DNA of 56,026 nucleotides from Octopus bimaculoides. Lineage: Eukaryota. The position numbers and the translations under genes were made by a program. Location: contig NC_068991.1 in assembly GCF_001194135.2 (NCBI RefSeq), positions 50,900,359 to 50,956,384 on the forward strand. Reading direction: 5' to 3'. The notes under the pieces are model-generated. The model saw only the letters and a program-made list of their open reading frames with translations. It was not told the origin of the DNA and made no database searches. The first letter of the stretch is position 1; every line of letters begins with the position of its first letter. Shown here piece by piece: positions 35,956 through 46,829 of this stretch.

Positions 35956-36876
35956 TGTGTGTGGTTAAGTGGTCAGGGTATTTAGCTCACAATCATAAGG
36001 TCATGAGTTTGATTCCTGGCAGCACATTCTATCCTTGAGCAAGATATTCAGTTTCACGTTGCTTCAGTCCACTCAGCTGGCAAAAATGAGTTGTACCTCA
36101 TGCTAAATCTCTCTGAAAACTATGTCAAGGATATGCCTGTCTGTGGAGTGCTCAACCACTTGCATGTTAATTTCATGAGCAGGCTGTTCTGTTGGAACCC
36201 TCATCAGCTGGAACCCTCATCATAACTGATGGGATGCCAGTTTTTATGTATTTTAATGTAGTCTATGGATGTGTCTGGATTTTAGTCCCTCATGTATGTA
36301 TACTTGTAATCATGTATTCTTGTTTAGTACAAACTTAATCTTGACAGAAGTGATATTTCTGATCAAAGGCAATCTAATTATGACCATTCTTCCTTTTCCT
36401 TGGTATTTTAAACCTTAAGACTTCTTTTCTAATGTAGTCAGGTATGAGTGGAGAGCGATTTGGCTGCTATTTCTTGCAGATTGAGTGTTATTTGTGCCCA
36501 TATGTGTAGATGTTTGTGTCTAGGAAATGTTTAGTAGTAAAATACCAGTTGTCTTAATTTTAAATTCCGTATCTCTTGGTACAAAAGAAAAAACTTCAAA
36601 TTCAGTGCATCCATTTAACTTTTAATATAGGAAGAACATTAATGTATATTTTTAGTTCCAGTTACTGTCAGGAATCAGTAGTAAATCTTTGGGGACTTAG
36701 CACTTGTGATCAGACATATTTTCACAGAAGGCTGAATATGAACAACTTAACTTGTGTAATGACTTTCATATGGTGGCTTCCTACTAGAGTAGAATTTTTT
36801 TTTAATTGATTAAATCCACAAGTTTCAAGGTCAAGCTCCCAAGGACTATAAGGTCATTTTGTGTGTGTGTTGTATT

Positions 36877-36934
<58 letters not shown>

Positions 36935-36968
36935 TTATCTTTTCTTTTGCATATTTATACACACATAC

Positions 36969-37011
<43 letters not shown>

Positions 37012-37089
37012 ATAAATAATATATATATATATATATGCATATATACATACGTATATGTACGTACTTACATCTATACGTATATATATATG

Positions 37090-37848
37090 CATATGTGGGC
37101 ACAAGACGTCAGAAAACGTGTACAACAAAAAAGTACGAAGCACGAGTACATGGAACATGGACCATTCTTTTGAACAATGAAAGACACAAATGGAAAACAA
37201 AACAAACAACATAAAGAACGACCCTTCATCAGTTGCTGGCTGTTTTTCTAGTGTCATATTTTGAGCATTTAACAACAATATATGCTTTTGATAAAACAGT
37301 TGCTCCTGCAAAGCAAATTAAATAAAATTTGGGATTTTGCGGAGTGTCAAAATCGGTAACACAAACAGGACAGTGAAAACAAACAGGAAGGGTTGCTAAG
37401 CCTAAACGTCTTTGTGGTTGTGAATGCATAAATCAAGTTAGGAAAGGAGACAAACAAGAACATGTCTTCCTTGTTCCAGCTACAATGGAGAGAAAAGAAG
37501 AAAGATGGCTGATGGTCACGTGGGAGCCACGTGAGCAAGGGAGGAGGAGTGAAGGAGGTTTTCACTGTCCTGTCTGTGTTACCAATTTTGACCCTCTGCA
37601 AAATCCCAAACTTTATTTAATTTGCTTTGCGGGAGCAACTGTTTTATCGAAAGTATATATTGTTGTTAAATGCTCAAAATATGAGACTTGAAAAACAGCC
37701 AACAACTGATGAAGGGTCGTTCTTTATGTTGCTTGTTTTGTTTTCCATTTGTGTCTTTCATTGTTCAAAAGAATAGTTCATGTTCTATGTACTCGTGCTT
37801 CGTACTTTATTGTTGTACACGTTTTGTGACATCCTGTATCCACATATG
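37090..37848. mobile_element. Foldback element: 291-bp inverted arms (37090-37380, 37558-37848) and 177-bp spacer, in (TA)n
   Basis: The arms align as reverse complements over their whole length (e.g. CAGTGAAAAC/GTTTTCACTG, GTACGAAGCACGAGTACAT/ATGTACTCGTGCTTCGTAC). Confidence 0.88.
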
Positions 37849-37849
37849 C

Positions 37850-37884
<35 letters not shown>

Positions 37885-37897
37885 CTTACATCTATAC

Positions 37898-37934
<37 letters not shown>

Positions 37935-37937
<3 letters not shown>

Positions 37938-38031
37938 TCATCATCATCATCATCATCGTTTGACGTCCGCTTTCCATGCTAGCATGGGTTGGACGATTTG
38001 ACTGAGGACTGGTGAAACCGGATGGCAACAC
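37935..38031 (-). mobile_element. RTE-type 3' end (family D), cut by the gap
   Basis: (CAT)n CGTTTGACGTCCGCTTTCCATGCTAGCATGGGTTGGAC. Confidence 0.85.
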
Positions 38032-38166
38032 NNNNNNNNNNNNNNNNNNNNNNNNNNNNNNNNNNNNNNNNNNNNNNNNNNNNNNNNNNNNNNNNNNNNN
38101 NNNNNNNNNNNNNNNNNNNNNNNNNNNNNNNNNNNNNTACGTATAGATGTAAGTATGTATATATGC

Positions 38167-38202
<36 letters not shown>

Positions 38203-38767
38203 TATATTAATATATGATTGAACGCCATGCATCCTCTTCCAAGTAAGTTATATCTTTATAATTCTGATGCGCACTCTATACGATCTTTTTACTCTTTCGT
38301 TTTTTTCTCTCTTCTCTCTTATTCTTTTACCTCCTCTTCTCCCACTATTCTATCCTATTACTCTGTCACTCTCTCTCCCTCACTCCTCCTCCCTTGGAAT
38401 TCCAACTTATCTGCAATTTTTACAATTTTATAATTTTACAATACTGAAATAAACTAGTACCCTATTTCAATATTGTAAAATTGCTAAATTGTAAAATTGT
38501 AAAAAATGCAAATGATAGAACCTGAAAATCAGAGTAAGTTGGAATTTCATTGATTAACATATTCTTCCATACACAATCATGCAAATCCTTATATATATAT
38601 ATAGAAGTACAAATAAAGGTTACAAACCTCATTCAGGGATAGCAAAATCCTATGAAAGTACTGGTTAGTTACCTATACAAAGAATGTTGAACATTACAGT
38701 TAATACTCAACTGCAAGGTAACTATATAAACCGTGGTTTATATATATTTATTTATTATAATAAGAAT

Positions 38768-38866
38768 TAGATTGGAGCCTGGTGCTGCCATCCGGTTTCA
38801 CCAGTCCTCAGTCAAATTGTCCAACCCATGCTAGCATGGAAAGCGGACGTTAAACGATGATGATGA
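38768..38866 (+). mobile_element. RTE-type 3' end (family D)
   Basis: Near-identical inverted copy of 37935-38031. Confidence 0.85.
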
Positions 38867-39891
38867 TAAGAAAATAGAGAGGAAATTAATAAATTATTAT
38901 TTATTAATTAAAAAAAACTGTCAATTTTTGAATTAATAAACAATAATTTATTTATTACCTCTCTATTTTCTTATCTTTTATATACACACACATATATATA
39001 TAGAAATGTGTGTGTGTGTGTGTAAACATGCACAAGCTGGCTGTTCTTTATGATCTAAAACAGAAGCAATATAACGTGTGAAGGGAAATGAAATGTAGAG
39101 GTTATTAATATTTGAAAATATAATCTTCCTTCTTGCTTCTGTGGCCTTAAACTAAATCCAGTTCTTAACAAGAATGTTTCAACTTGTGTATAGACCTTAA
39201 TAAAAGACTATACTTAAGTTGTAGTTGATCCCTGTGAAAGGTGTCCTAATCTATGACCAGTCCTTTATAAACAGGTTCATGGACAGTAATAGTTGTATTA
39301 GGTTCAATATTCCAAGGCGCACTGCCACATATCACTGGCAGATATAGTAGTGATACTACTTCCAATGTTTGTTATAATCTTCAAATGATGTTATTCAGAC
39401 TACAAGACCATGTTGGAGCAATGACCTTGAGTGTGAATGGTAACAATTTCCCCATGGCATGCCAATAGACAAAAGAACCAGTTATTATTTGATTATAATT
39501 GCCCTTAATCATCTAAACTTGAAATCTCAACACCGTTTCCAGTGTCACAACTCAGTAGAATTTTCACAAACTATTGTTTGAAAGGAAATTTTGTTTTTTA
39601 TACTTTCTGAAAATAAATTCTAATTAGGTTCAAACACTATAAATTTATAAATGAAACCTTTGAGAGTGTATCATGTCCATTCATTTCTTTAAAGATTTGG
39701 CGATGAAGGGAATTGGATGGGGCTAGGAATTGAAACTTTTATCATTCTCATCAAGCTGCTAATTTGCTTATCTGCCTTTTTAAAATTATCGGTAGAAGTA
39801 AGAAAGATATGAACCATGGAATCAACATCTTTCTAGTCTTTACCCATGCTATGAAGTAGCAACGTTGCCTTCTGAAAACTAAAATCTTTAA

Positions 39892-40500
39892 CCCTTTACC
39901 ATTTAAACTGGTCATATTTCACCCAAATATTCTACCTGTTTTAGGTTCAAACTAACCAGATCTGGGCTCTCACACCTGTCCTATAATGTCATTCTAAAAA
40001 TAAGCAATCATGTCATCAAAATCTCAAAGCTATAAGATAATGCATGATTAATTTGAAACAATGTGAATATATAAATCATTATATTTGACAGCTGTCATAC
40101 AGCAAGCTTACGAAAGAGTCACACAAACAAGGAAGGCCTAAACTGAGGTGCAGTGACACCTTGAAAAGTAACTTCAAAGGGAGCAGCATTAATCCATGTG
40201 AATGTAAAGCCTCTCCTACAGACAGATCCACGTGGAGGTCTCTTGCTTCAAGAGCAGCAGCTGGCTTTGAAGAGGACTGATGACAGTATCTTGCTGCTGC
40301 AAGAGACGCATATCACAGGGCATCATCCACCTCAATCCAGACAACGGACTATTACTGTGACTCCTGTGGGTGCCCGTGTTCTTCCAGCTTTGGACTGTGG
40401 AGTCACATGCGCTGTCATCACTGAGAACATAGACTTTGTCATATCGGACACTGATGGGCTACCAACAAACATACTTGTTAGTGTAATTTGAATGGTTAAA
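39892..40500 (-). mobile_element. piggyBac-type MITE (family F) interrupted by a LINE fragment
   Basis: TTAACCCTTTACCATTTAAACTGG start; the F body stops near 40092 and a GTAATTTGAATGGTTAA remnant follows near 40485-40500. Confidence 0.7.
40095..40480 (+). mobile_element. Degenerate RTE/BovB-like ORF2 C-terminus with C2H2-like motif
   Basis: With one frameshift and stops: GRP.LRCSDTLKSNFK...TDRSTWRSLASRAAAGFEED...YYCDSCGCPCSSSFGLWSHMR. Confidence 0.75.
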
Positions 40501-40809
40501 TTATAAATTACATATTTTAACTACTAAATCTTCAGGTAATATACTTAAACGATTACAGATGAGCTGACTGCACTTTGTTTGGCGAATTTCAACTAAAACT
40601 CAATGGACAAGTTTACTGTATTTGAAACTCTGGCTTGTTGGGACCTTTATTTTAATTTGCTCCTCAGTGATTAATAAATGACTTCCTATTCATGACTTGA
40701 TCAAGTACAACTGATTGGGGTTACTTAGTGTACATGCTTGGGGAGCTGAGAGACATCTTTCTTCTTTTTTTGTGATAAGATTCTCTGAATATTGTTACAT
40801 AGACATTGA

Positions 40810-41020
40810 AGTGATGAGTTGGTAGAATCATTAGCATGGCAGGCAAAATGCATAGCAGCATTTCACCCATCTTTACCTTCTATTCAAATCTGAGGTTGGC
40901 TTTGCTTTTTTCATCCTTTCTGAGTCAATACAATAAGTACCAGTTGAATACTGGGGTTGATGTAATTGATTAGCTCCCATCTCTGAAATTACTGGCCTTA
41001 TGCCAAAATTTGAAATTGTT
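40810..41020 (+). mobile_element. SINE family C, degenerate
   Basis: GAGTTGGTAGAATCATTAGCATG...CATCCTTTCTGAGTCAATACAATAAGTACCAG...GGCCTTATGCCAAAATTTGAAA. Confidence 0.75.
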
Positions 41021-41354
41021 ATTACATAAACATTCAATCAGATAAAATGCTGTGGGTAAGTGATAAAGTTGCTTGACTCTAGCAATTAACCTGAAGTTTC
41101 AGCTCTAGATTAATTATTTGAATGTTTTCTTGATTAAAGTCTGTCGTCCATTTTCTGTATAAATATCCAGAATGGTAATACTTCATAAATATCCAAATTG
41201 GCATCAATTTAAAAATTTTTTCTTTGTGTTAATCTTTTGGTTCATTTAGTATTTTACTAATATTTTTTTATCCCTGTGTGTTTCATATAGATTTTATTTT
41301 GAAAATTCAAATGTATTTCCAAATATTTTTGCCAATTCCTTAACAAAACTTCAG

Positions 41355-41417
41355 ACATTCACTGGATCCATCTTAGTAGCTGTGAATCCTTATAAAAATT
41401 TACCGATTTATGAAGAG
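41355..41417 (+). CDS. Unconventional myosin motor domain, exon a (TFTGSILVAVNPYKNLPIYEE)
   Basis: CAG acceptor at 41352-41354, GTAAGT donor, 63 nt, phase 0/0; canonical T(Y/F)TGSILVAVNPY motif. Confidence 0.95.
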
Positions 41418-42036
41418 GTAAGTACAATTAAATATCTATTCTTGTCTATATAGGATAATCAGTTTATAGATTGGTAATCTCATTTTTAGGAATAAAACAT
41501 TTTTTAAAAACTATTTCCTTTTCAATTGATTACCTAATGATAATCAGAGATCAAACTAACCAAGGCAGAGATCAATAGTCTGAAAAAAACAAAAAAAAAA
41601 CAAACAAACTAATCTTTGGCTGACCTCCATTAAGAAATACTTTCAGAGTGAAAATGATATTTTATGTAGCAATTATTCTCCTGGTATAATATATCATATT
41701 ATCATATGGGTGTTGTTGTGCACGATGTTGGTGGTGAATAGAAGCATCTTTCTTGGGCTGCATGTAAAATGATAAACAACACTCATAAATAATTAACAGA
41801 AGCTTTATTTACTGCACATATAATGTTTTCTATGTTGGCCTTGGGATGAAAAACCAAAGCAACAATTGCACACAGGGAGAGGATATACTACTGGGAGCTA
41901 TGACAAACTACCTGGTACATATCAGTCTGTGACTGGTCATCACAACTGGAAACATAATCATGCAATGTTCGTGATGGTAGAATCTGTACCTTCTGTCTGC
42001 AACAGTTGATGAATGAAATGAGAATGGAGACATTAA

Positions 42037-42262
42037 CCCTTTTGCATTTAAACCAGCCATATCTGGCCCAAATATCCTACCTGTTTTACAATCAAATCAG
42101 ATTGATCCCATCTATCACACCAACCCTGAAATGTCATTCTAAAAATATGCAATCATATCATTAAAATCTTGAAGCTACAAGATAATACATGATTATGGTT
42201 ATTCAAAACAATGAAAATAAAAAAAGCATTATATTTGACAAAATATTCTAAATGTTAAAGAG
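42037..42262 (-). mobile_element. piggyBac-type MITE (family F), complete
   Basis: TTAA at 42033-42036 and 42263-42266. Confidence 0.8.
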
Positions 42263-42730
42263 TTAAATTTGCTGCTTCAACATTCTGAAGTTGTTGCCAA
42301 AAACCCACCTATTTATAAGGCTCATCAGTAAGTTCTAGAAAGTCCTATCACATGATAGCTTGATGCTAATTGGTTAGTCAGCCAATCAAGTGAAACGACA
42401 GCAATCTCCCTGCATAGTTATCCAGTGATTTAGTTTTGAATCTGCTGCTATATGAAATATCTTATATCTTTTGATATTGCTTTCTTAAATAAAATCATAT
42501 AGTGTGGTCTGGTGACATTTAATATCTAAAATTTATATTGCAAATGTTGAACATTGTGAGCTAACAGATTTTCAATGGTTCAATTGCTGGGTCATTGTAT
42601 TTTCTGATGGTGAAAGTAACAACAGACTGGCTGTTACTCAGTGCAGAAATATTAGTAAGAAAATGAAAAGGATTTCACAAAGGATTTCATTCTAAAAAGC
42701 ATCTTTTTCCTTTTCATTTTCTTACCAATA

Positions 42731-42769
<39 letters not shown>

Positions 42770-43464
42770 ACACACACATACACACACACATGCATGCACG
42801 TGAACACACGAATGCACATACACACATGCATGCACGTGCACACACACACACACACACACACACACCAAACCACTCACAAGGCTTCAGTCAGCTTGAGGCT
42901 ATAGTAGTAGAGACTTGCCCAAGGTGCCATTCAGTAGGACTGAACTCGGAACCATGCAGTTGGTAAGCAAACTTCTTACCTCATTGCCATGCTCACACCT
43001 AGAATTATTTAATGTAGTATTTAATCTTATAGTTAATCATTTGGTATGATGTGATACAGTCAAAGTGAACTGGTCTAGGAGATTGGGTTACTTAATGAGA
43101 GTTGGGAGTTCAATTCCATGGCTGCTATTCCAATATGTTTCTGGATAAAAACAGATTAGTCTCCACTGCAATCAGTTCCTATAACTGTTGGCAATGTTAC
43201 TTGCCACAGACCAGTGTCATATCTAGTCTCAAAGTTGTCTCTTATTAGTTTAATGCTAGGAAAGTAAAAGTAAGTTCTGGTTATTAAGTAATATATATTA
43301 GTGACAGAGGCATTATTAGTGCTGAAAGGTAATATTTATCCCTACTTAAACGTGGATGTTCTGTTGGAACAGACTATACTGGGGTAGATATCATGAGACA
43401 AGAGTGCATTTTGCACCAAAAGCCAATGTGAGAGTTTCTCTCTATGGTATCTATCATAGTATAA

Positions 43465-43772
43465 CTATAAACGTCACCCTTTCAAAGCCTAGCCAGGCTC
43501 ATGGGCCCTGTTTCCCGGTTTCTATGGTGTATGTGTTCCCTCCAGCTGGATGGGATGCCAGTCCATCGCAGCGTTACTCAAGAAACAGGAAGAAAGAGTG
43601 AGAGAAAGTTGGGGTGAAAGAGCACAACAGGGGTCGCCCCCCCCCCTGCCGGAGCCTCGTGGAGCTTAGGTGTTTTCGCTCAATAAACACTCACAACGCC
43701 CGGTCTGGGAATTGAAACCGCGATCCTCCGACCGCATCCGCTGCTCTAACCACTGGGCCATTGCACCTCCAC
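43465..43772 (-). mobile_element. SINE with family A head and 5' body but a different 3' half
   Basis: 14-bp TSD CTATCATAGTATAA at 43451-43464 and 43773-43786; minus strand 3' half contains GCGATGGACTGGCATCCCATCCAG. Confidence 0.88.
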
Positions 43773-44001
43773 CTATCATAGTATAATTTGTTCTAACAGA
43801 ACAGCTACGTTTAAGTGGGGATAAATGTTACCCCTGGTCATTAAATGTTTAACAAGGCATTAATTCCTAAGAGTCAATGAACTTTAGGTTACCTAAAATA
43901 TGTTTGTGACATATTTTAACTTCTAAAAGCAAATTTACTGCAGTTACTGTGGAAAAAACCCCAAAAAAACTCTCTTATGATAAAAGGCGTAAAACCCCAT
44001 A

Positions 44002-44100
44002 TCTGCCCAGTACTTCCCTCTAGCAAATTCCCAGACATGCATTTCTGGCTCTTTAACCATCCTCAGTAGGAAATACCGAAGCAAGATAACCCTGGGCAGA
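44002..44100 (-). ncRNA. Type I hammerhead motif HHR4 with extended stem I, core intact
   Basis: 5'-UUCCUA CUGAGGA UGGUU AAAG AGCCA GAAA UGCAU G U C^UGGGAA-3' (core 44072-44028), enclosed by the perfect outer helix UCUGCCCAG/CUGGGCAGA. Confidence 0.82.
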
Positions 44101-44276
44101 TTCAAAAGCTATAGCTTTAACTAAAAAACACAATCAACATCAGAGTGTGAGTTGCACTTAGCATTCATTTGTTTTATCAAACATTATAATCTACCTTGGT
44201 AGATATTGAATATATAACATCTAATTTTAATCAAGTATTTCCATGACAACTAAATTTCTATGTGTTTTAATTGCAG

Positions 44277-44420
44277 AAAGATGTCCAAGAATATAGCGGC
44301 AAGAAGTTAACTCAGGTGCAACCTCATGTTTTTGCCATATCTGAGGCTGCATTTCAGCATCTTCGTACATCTGATGACAATCAATCTTGTATCATAAGTG
44401 GAGAGAGTGGTGCTGGAAAG
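44277..44420 (+). CDS. Unconventional myosin motor domain, exon b (ends in P-loop GESGAGK)
   Basis: TTGCAG acceptor, GTAAGT donor, 144 nt, phase 0/0; KDVQEYSGKKLTQVQPHVFAISEAAF...NQSCIISGESGAGK. Confidence 0.97.
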
Positions 44421-44424
44421 GTAA

Positions 44425-44510
44425 GTCATTTTACAACTTTTCACTCAAACGTCTGTCGTTTTACAACTTTTCACTCAAGCGTCTGTCATTTTACAACTTT
44501 TCACTCAAAC
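44425..44510 (+). repeat. 30-bp tandem repeat, about 3 copies (GTCATTTTACAACTTTTCACTCAAACGTCT)
   Basis: Read directly; starts at +5 of the exon b donor. Confidence 0.92.
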
Positions 44511-44852
44511 AGATACAAACCACAGGACTTGTAGTAATCTATTTATGGTAACAAACTCTATCTTTTTGCTTCAAAATATAAAATATATCTTACATGTTAA
44601 CAAACATGTGAACCATATTTTTCTATGTTATTTTTGTGGAAATTATTAATTATTAATCTTGATTTTAATACAAACTCTACATCACGGAACTCCTTTCATA
44701 TGATGGAGATTTAGTGTTACATCTGCTATTGCTAGCTTCTCTTGCAGTTTGTTGTCTTAAAATTTGAGTTCAGTTTATGTTTTATTATAGCAAAAATCTT
44801 GTTGATTTGTTTGTCTTTTTCTAAAATCCTTTCCTTTTTCTCTCTATTATAG

Positions 44853-44961
44853 ACAGAAACTACTAAATTTATTTTGCAATATTTATGCTCTGTTACAAAT
44901 CATACGTCCTTCTGGGTTGAACAGCAAATCCTTGAAGCAAATACAATTTTGGAAGCTTTTG
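44853..44961 (+). CDS. Unconventional myosin motor domain, exon c ([15 protein letters not shown]...[11 protein letters not shown])
   Basis: Pyrimidine tract plus TAG acceptor, GTAAGT donor, 109 nt, phase 0/1. Confidence 0.97.
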
Positions 44962-45351
44962 GTAAGTTTTCTCTTTGAACTTCTTTTCTCCTTTGGATCC
45001 TCCTCAACTTCTAATGGAATTGTAATAATGGTGATGTGATTTACAATGTGAATTAAACATTTCTGGCCTTGTAGGGTCTGTTCCCTACAAAGATAAAAAA
45101 GGGGAGAAGAGTTGACCCAAGGTTATCTATATATATATGTATATATATGGATATATATATATATATATATATAAAACAGTATTAATAAAATAGATGGAAT
45201 GAATAATAGATTTTATTGGGTACAACACTGTGCTTTACTCATCATCTATTTATATATTTTATATAATTCCTCTATGATATATATATATGGATAATTGCTA
45301 ACCTTGTGCCAAAATTTGAAATTGTCATCATCATTGTTATTAGTAGTATTA

Positions 45352-45572
45352 TTATTAGCAAGATGGTGAGCTTGCAGAGTCGTTAGCATGCCAGGCAAAA
45401 TGCTTAACAGCATCTCTTTGTATCTGGAGTTCAAATTCTGTCGAGATCGACTTTGCCTTTCATCCTTTCAGAATCAATGAAATAAGTACCAGTTGAGCAC
45501 TTGGGGGTTGATGAAATTGGCTCACCCACTCCCCTGAAGTTGCTGATCTTGTGCCAAAATTTGAAACCATTA
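45352..45572 (+). mobile_element. SINE family C
   Basis: GGTGAGCTTGCAGAGTCGTTAGC...GAGTTCAAATTC...CTTGTGCCAAAATTTGAAACCATTATT. Confidence 0.82.
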
Positions 45573-45583
45573 TTATTGTTATT

Positions 45584-46061
45584 GTCTTTGCACAGCTTCT
45601 AACGCTGGAGATGTATTACAGCGTTAGCTGTTCACTACCAGTGAACTAAGGTAACACCTCTTATTTTTTGAACACCTTCCAGAGAATTTGAGCGGTTCCA
45701 AGCAGTGCTGTTTTCTGCAAGTGCTCCACCATTATTGCAGCCCCTATTTTTTCCACGTACTTCTCGAGATTTTTGCTCACTGTTCCCACGGCTCCGACAA
45801 TTATTGGTACTACTGCTACCTTTTTCATTGATTACAACTGCTTAACTTCCCAAGATAACCTATCATATCTCTTGACTTTTCTTTCATCGTTATCGTATAC
45901 CTTGTTGTCAACTGGGTATGCTATATTTATGATCCAGCATAGTTTGTTTTCTTTCTCAATTAAGACTATGTCCAGCTTCCTATTCTCTATCTCATGGTCG
46001 CACTGAATCATAAAATCCCATAGGATCTTTGCATTTCCATTTTCAATCATGCTTTCAGGTT
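45584..46061 (-). mobile_element. R4/Dong-like retrotransposon 3' fragment (REL endonuclease plus 3' UTR), second subfamily
   Basis: KPESMIENGNAKILWDFMIQCDHEIENRKLDIVLIEKENKLCWIINIAYP...VAVVPIIVGAVGTV...LQKTALLGTAQILWKV; (TAA)n at both ends. Confidence 0.87.
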
Positions 46062-46125
46062 TATTATTATTATTATTATTGTTATCATTAATGTTGTTGT
46101 TATTATTTTTTCTTCTTCTTCTCAG

Positions 46126-46700
46126 GAAATGCAAAAACAGTCCGAAATGACAACTCAAGTCGCTTTGGTAAATTTATGCAAGTTTGCTTTGATAACAACA
46201 ATCAGATCATTGGTTGTATCGTACAGGATTACTTACTTGAACAGTCCAGGATAACATTCCAGTCAGCCAATGAACGGAACTACCATGTCTTTTATCAAGT
46301 AGTTGCTGGTGCTGCAGCGAATCCAGAGATCAAGGAACAATATTACCTGAAGGACGTTACCACTTACAATTACTTGAATCAGAGTGGCTGTTACAAACTC
46401 GATGGCCACGATGATTCAGCCATGTTTGATGCCTTGCGTCTTGCCTTTGAAGTCTTAAATATTCCAGCAGTGATGGTCAGTGGTATATACTCGGTGATTT
46501 CCTCTGTTTTGTTGCTTGGCAACTTGCAGTTTGAAGATATAGATGGTGAGAAATGTCAATTAACGGAAAGTGACAAAGATATTCTAAGCAAAGTCTGTGA
46601 TTTACTGGGCCTTTCTTTGGAAGGAATGATTGAGAGTGCCCTCTATCGTCAAATACATGTTCGCGGAACTGTTACTAGTATACCTTTTAAGGTACAAGAG
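46126..46700 (+). CDS. Unconventional myosin motor domain, exon d (switch-1 NDNSSRFGK to FKVQE)
   Basis: CTCAG acceptor, GTTAGT donor, 575 nt, phase 1/0. Completes the split Gly codon from exon c (AF-G-NAKT); frame open. Confidence 0.97.
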
Positions 46701-46829
46701 GTTAGTGGCATTTATATTTTATCTCTTCTGCCATCATAACATCAACAACTTCTACCACCTATTGTTCTTCTTATTAAGATTATTTTATCATCACATTTCT
46801 TATGGCCACTAGAATCATTATTTTACAGC

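Noticed and set aside
40198-40491. 97-aa + strand ORF as a host gene or myosin exon
   Set aside because: It is an alternative frame of a decayed RTE-like ORF2 end.
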